Shown here: in pieces, positions 8,209-12,461 of the stretch
How positions within the stretch are numbered: position 1 is the stretch's first letter
Layout: the number at the start of each line of letters is the position of its first letter
Translations under genes and position numbers: made by a program
Notes under the pieces: model-generated
Databases searched by the model: none
Told to the model about the DNA's origin: nothing
What the model saw: only the letters and a program-made list of their open reading frames with translations
Source of the DNA: an uncultured Solirubrobacteraceae bacterium
Lineage (GTDB): Bacteria; Actinomycetota; Thermoleophilia; Solirubrobacterales; Solirubrobacteraceae
DNA length: 12,461 nt
NCBI GenBank assembly: GCA_964588985.1
Contig: CAZPQW010000041.1
Span: forward strand, 1-12,461
Direction: 5' to 3'

Positions 8209-9706
8209 GCGGCGTCGCCGCCGGGAGCAGCACTGGCGTGGAGATTGCCGCGCTGCTCCCCGGCGCTCCCGTGTAGAGGGCGCGCAGCCACACGCGGCTG
8301 CGCCCCGTGATCACAGGCGCCGGCAGCGACCACTGTCCCTGCGCGTCGGTCACCGCCTGCGCAACCGTCTGCTCGGACACCAGCTCGCCCCTGCGACGCA
8401 CCGTGCGCAGCTGCACCGCGACCTGGGCGCCCGCGAGCGGCGTTCCGTCGAGCAGCGTCAGCGCGCCGGCCAGCATGGTGGTTGGCGTTGGCGTCGGGGT
8501 GGGTGTGCCGGGCGCTGGTTCGCTCGGCGCAGCCGCGGTGCTCACCACGCCGATCGTCGCCGACACCGGGGTGGGCGCGAGCATCTGGACGCCGGCGCGG
8601 ATGCCCGACAGCTCGCCGTAGAGCACGTTGCCGGGGCAGTCCGTGGAGTCGCCGTCGCGGTGGCCCGCGATCCGCGGGAGCGACACGTGCGCGCCCGCGC
8701 GAAAGCGGCTGTACACCGCGCCCGCCGGGTTCACGCGCACGGTCGTCCGTCCCTGCGCGGGCGCTCCGTGCAGCGCGAGCTTCCACGCGAGTACATGTTC
8801 GAGCGCTCGCCGCGCCGCGGGGGAGATCGGCACGCTCATGAACGACCCCAGCACCGCCACGCCGGTCGACGCGAGGTTGTAGCCGCCCGCGTGCGCCCCC
8901 ACCACCGGCTCGTCGATGCCGCCCGCCCGCGCCTCGAAGATCCGCCCGTACAGGTCGACCACGAAGTTGTAGCCGATGTCGTTCCAGCCGTTCACATAGC
9001 GGTGGAACGCGTAGATCGCGCGCAGCATCGCCGGCACCTCTGCGGGCAGGTAGCCGTTGGGGTTCTCCGTGTGGTGGACGAACGCCATCCGCACCTCCCC
9101 GTATTCGGGGGCCACGCGCGGTCGCGAGACCCACTGTGCCCACGCGCGGCGCGCGATGATCGGCGGCTGGCCGGGTCCGGCGTCGTATGCGGGCGCCGCC
9201 AGCGGCAGGGCCGCGGCAGCGGCGAGAGGCATCAGCGCCAGCCTGCGCGCGCCGACCCCGCCGCTCACGTCAACGAGGTGCAGGCGCACGTCCGCGAGCG
9301 CGCGCGTGGCGCGCAGCTGCAGCAGAACCGTCCCACCGGTCCAGATCGGGTCCCCCACGTGGCGCGTGCCGCTGGCGTGTGGAGCGGCCGTTTCAGGACC
9401 GTGCCCGTGAGCCGCCGCTGAGGCCCACGCGCTCCAGCCTGCGCCCGGGATGCGGAAGCGCAGCTGCACGCCGGCGTCTGCCGGCCCCTGCCATTCGACC
9501 CCCACCAGGTCGGCCGAGCGCCGGAGCTCGACAGTCGTGGCGCCCGGGCCGAGGGCGCCGAGGAAGCGCCGCTCGAGCATCGGGGATAGCGACAGCGCGC
9601 CGAGCGCAGCGAGCGCGCCTGCGGGCCGACGCAGCAACGCGCCGGCCGTCGCGCCGGCGGCCGTTGTGAGCAGCGACCTGCGCGTCAGTGGGCGCGCGGA
9701 GCTCAT
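8150..9706 (-). CDS. Tat-exported N-acetylmuramoyl-L-alanine amidase (Amidase_2/PGRP-like)
   Basis: Twin-arginine signal LTRRSLL. Catalytic motifs FVHHTE, GWNDIGYNFVVD, GAHAGGYN and GHRD..STDCPG retain the Zn ligands H/H/C. A PT-repeat linker precedes a C-terminal beta-sandwich-like segment. Confidence 0.9.
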   Translation of the reverse strand: MSSARPLTRRSLLTTAAGATAGALLRRPAGALAALGALSLSPMLERRFLGALGPGATTVELRRSADLVGVEWQGPADAGVQLRFRIPGAGWSAWASAAAHGHGPETAAPHASGTRHVGDPIWTGGTVLLQLRATRALADVRLHLVDVSGGVGARRLALMPLAAAAALPLAAPAYDAGPGQPPIIARRAWAQWVSRPRVAPEYGEVRMAFVHHTENPNGYLPAEVPAMLRAIYAFHRYVNGWNDIGYNFVVDLYGRIFEARAGGIDEPVVGAHAGGYNLASTGVAVLGSFMSVPISPAARRALEHVLAWKLALHGAPAQGRTTVRVNPAGAVYSRFRAGAHVSLPRIAGHRDGDSTDCPGNVLYGELSGIRAGVQMLAPTPVSATIGVVSTAAAPSEPAPGTPTPTPTPTTMLAGALTLLDGTPLAGAQVAVQLRTVRRRGELVSEQTVAQAVTDAQGQWSLPAPVITGRSRVWLRALYTGAPGSSAAISTPVLLPAATPLSVPPAEAPSPPAAAPPAP

Positions 9707-9815
9707 CTAGGTCCACTACACACCAGCCGTATAAATGTCGCGTCTGTTCCCGATGAGAATGCGCTCACCGGCAGGCGATTCGTTCGCGCGCGGCGCACGC
9801 CCGCCTTAACGAGCT

Positions 9816-9849
9816 GAGGCCGCCCACGCCCGAAGACGTGGACGGCCTC
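9816..9849 (-). terminator. Strong hairpin after rpoC, likely terminator or mRNA stabiliser
   Basis: The minus strand reads GAGGCCGTCCACGTC-TTCG-GGCGTGGGCGGCCTC, a 15-bp stem with two G-U pairs and a C(UUCG)G tetraloop. The U tail is poor. Confidence 0.7.
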
Positions 9850-9873
9850 TCGCCCTACTGCTCAATCTGCTGT

Positions 9874-12461
<2,588 letters not shown>

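Noticed and set aside
9707-9760. ECF-sigma promoter upstream of the amidase (GGGAAC on the minus strand)
   Set aside because: No matching CGTT-type -10 at the expected spacing.

Overview
High-GC window, probably actinobacterial. The protein style suggests Thermoleophilia/Solirubrobacterales, which is an inference. It covers the rpoC-str-tuf locus on the minus strand: 3' part of rpoC, a Tat-exported Zn amidase, a HAD phosphatase (plus strand), a DMT/NIPA-like membrane protein, rpsL-rpsG, fusA and the first 17 codons of tuf. The normally contiguous str operon is split: about 3.2 kb lies between rpsG and fusA, carrying a 101-bp REP/MITE-like palindromic element, a lower-GC DUF4760-like gene on the opposite strand, and a DHA2 MFS efflux pump plus MarR regulator with a double-palindrome operator. 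The most interesting signal is the ~170-nt region upstream of fusA. It has an extended -10 promoter, a 5' hairpin, a 6-codon uORF (METSSR), a candidate antiterminator pairing uORF sequence with the terminator arm, and a U7-tailed intrinsic terminator 37 nt before the fusA start. This looks like an attenuator controlling EF-G/EF-Tu synthesis. All folds were done by eye and no database searches were run.
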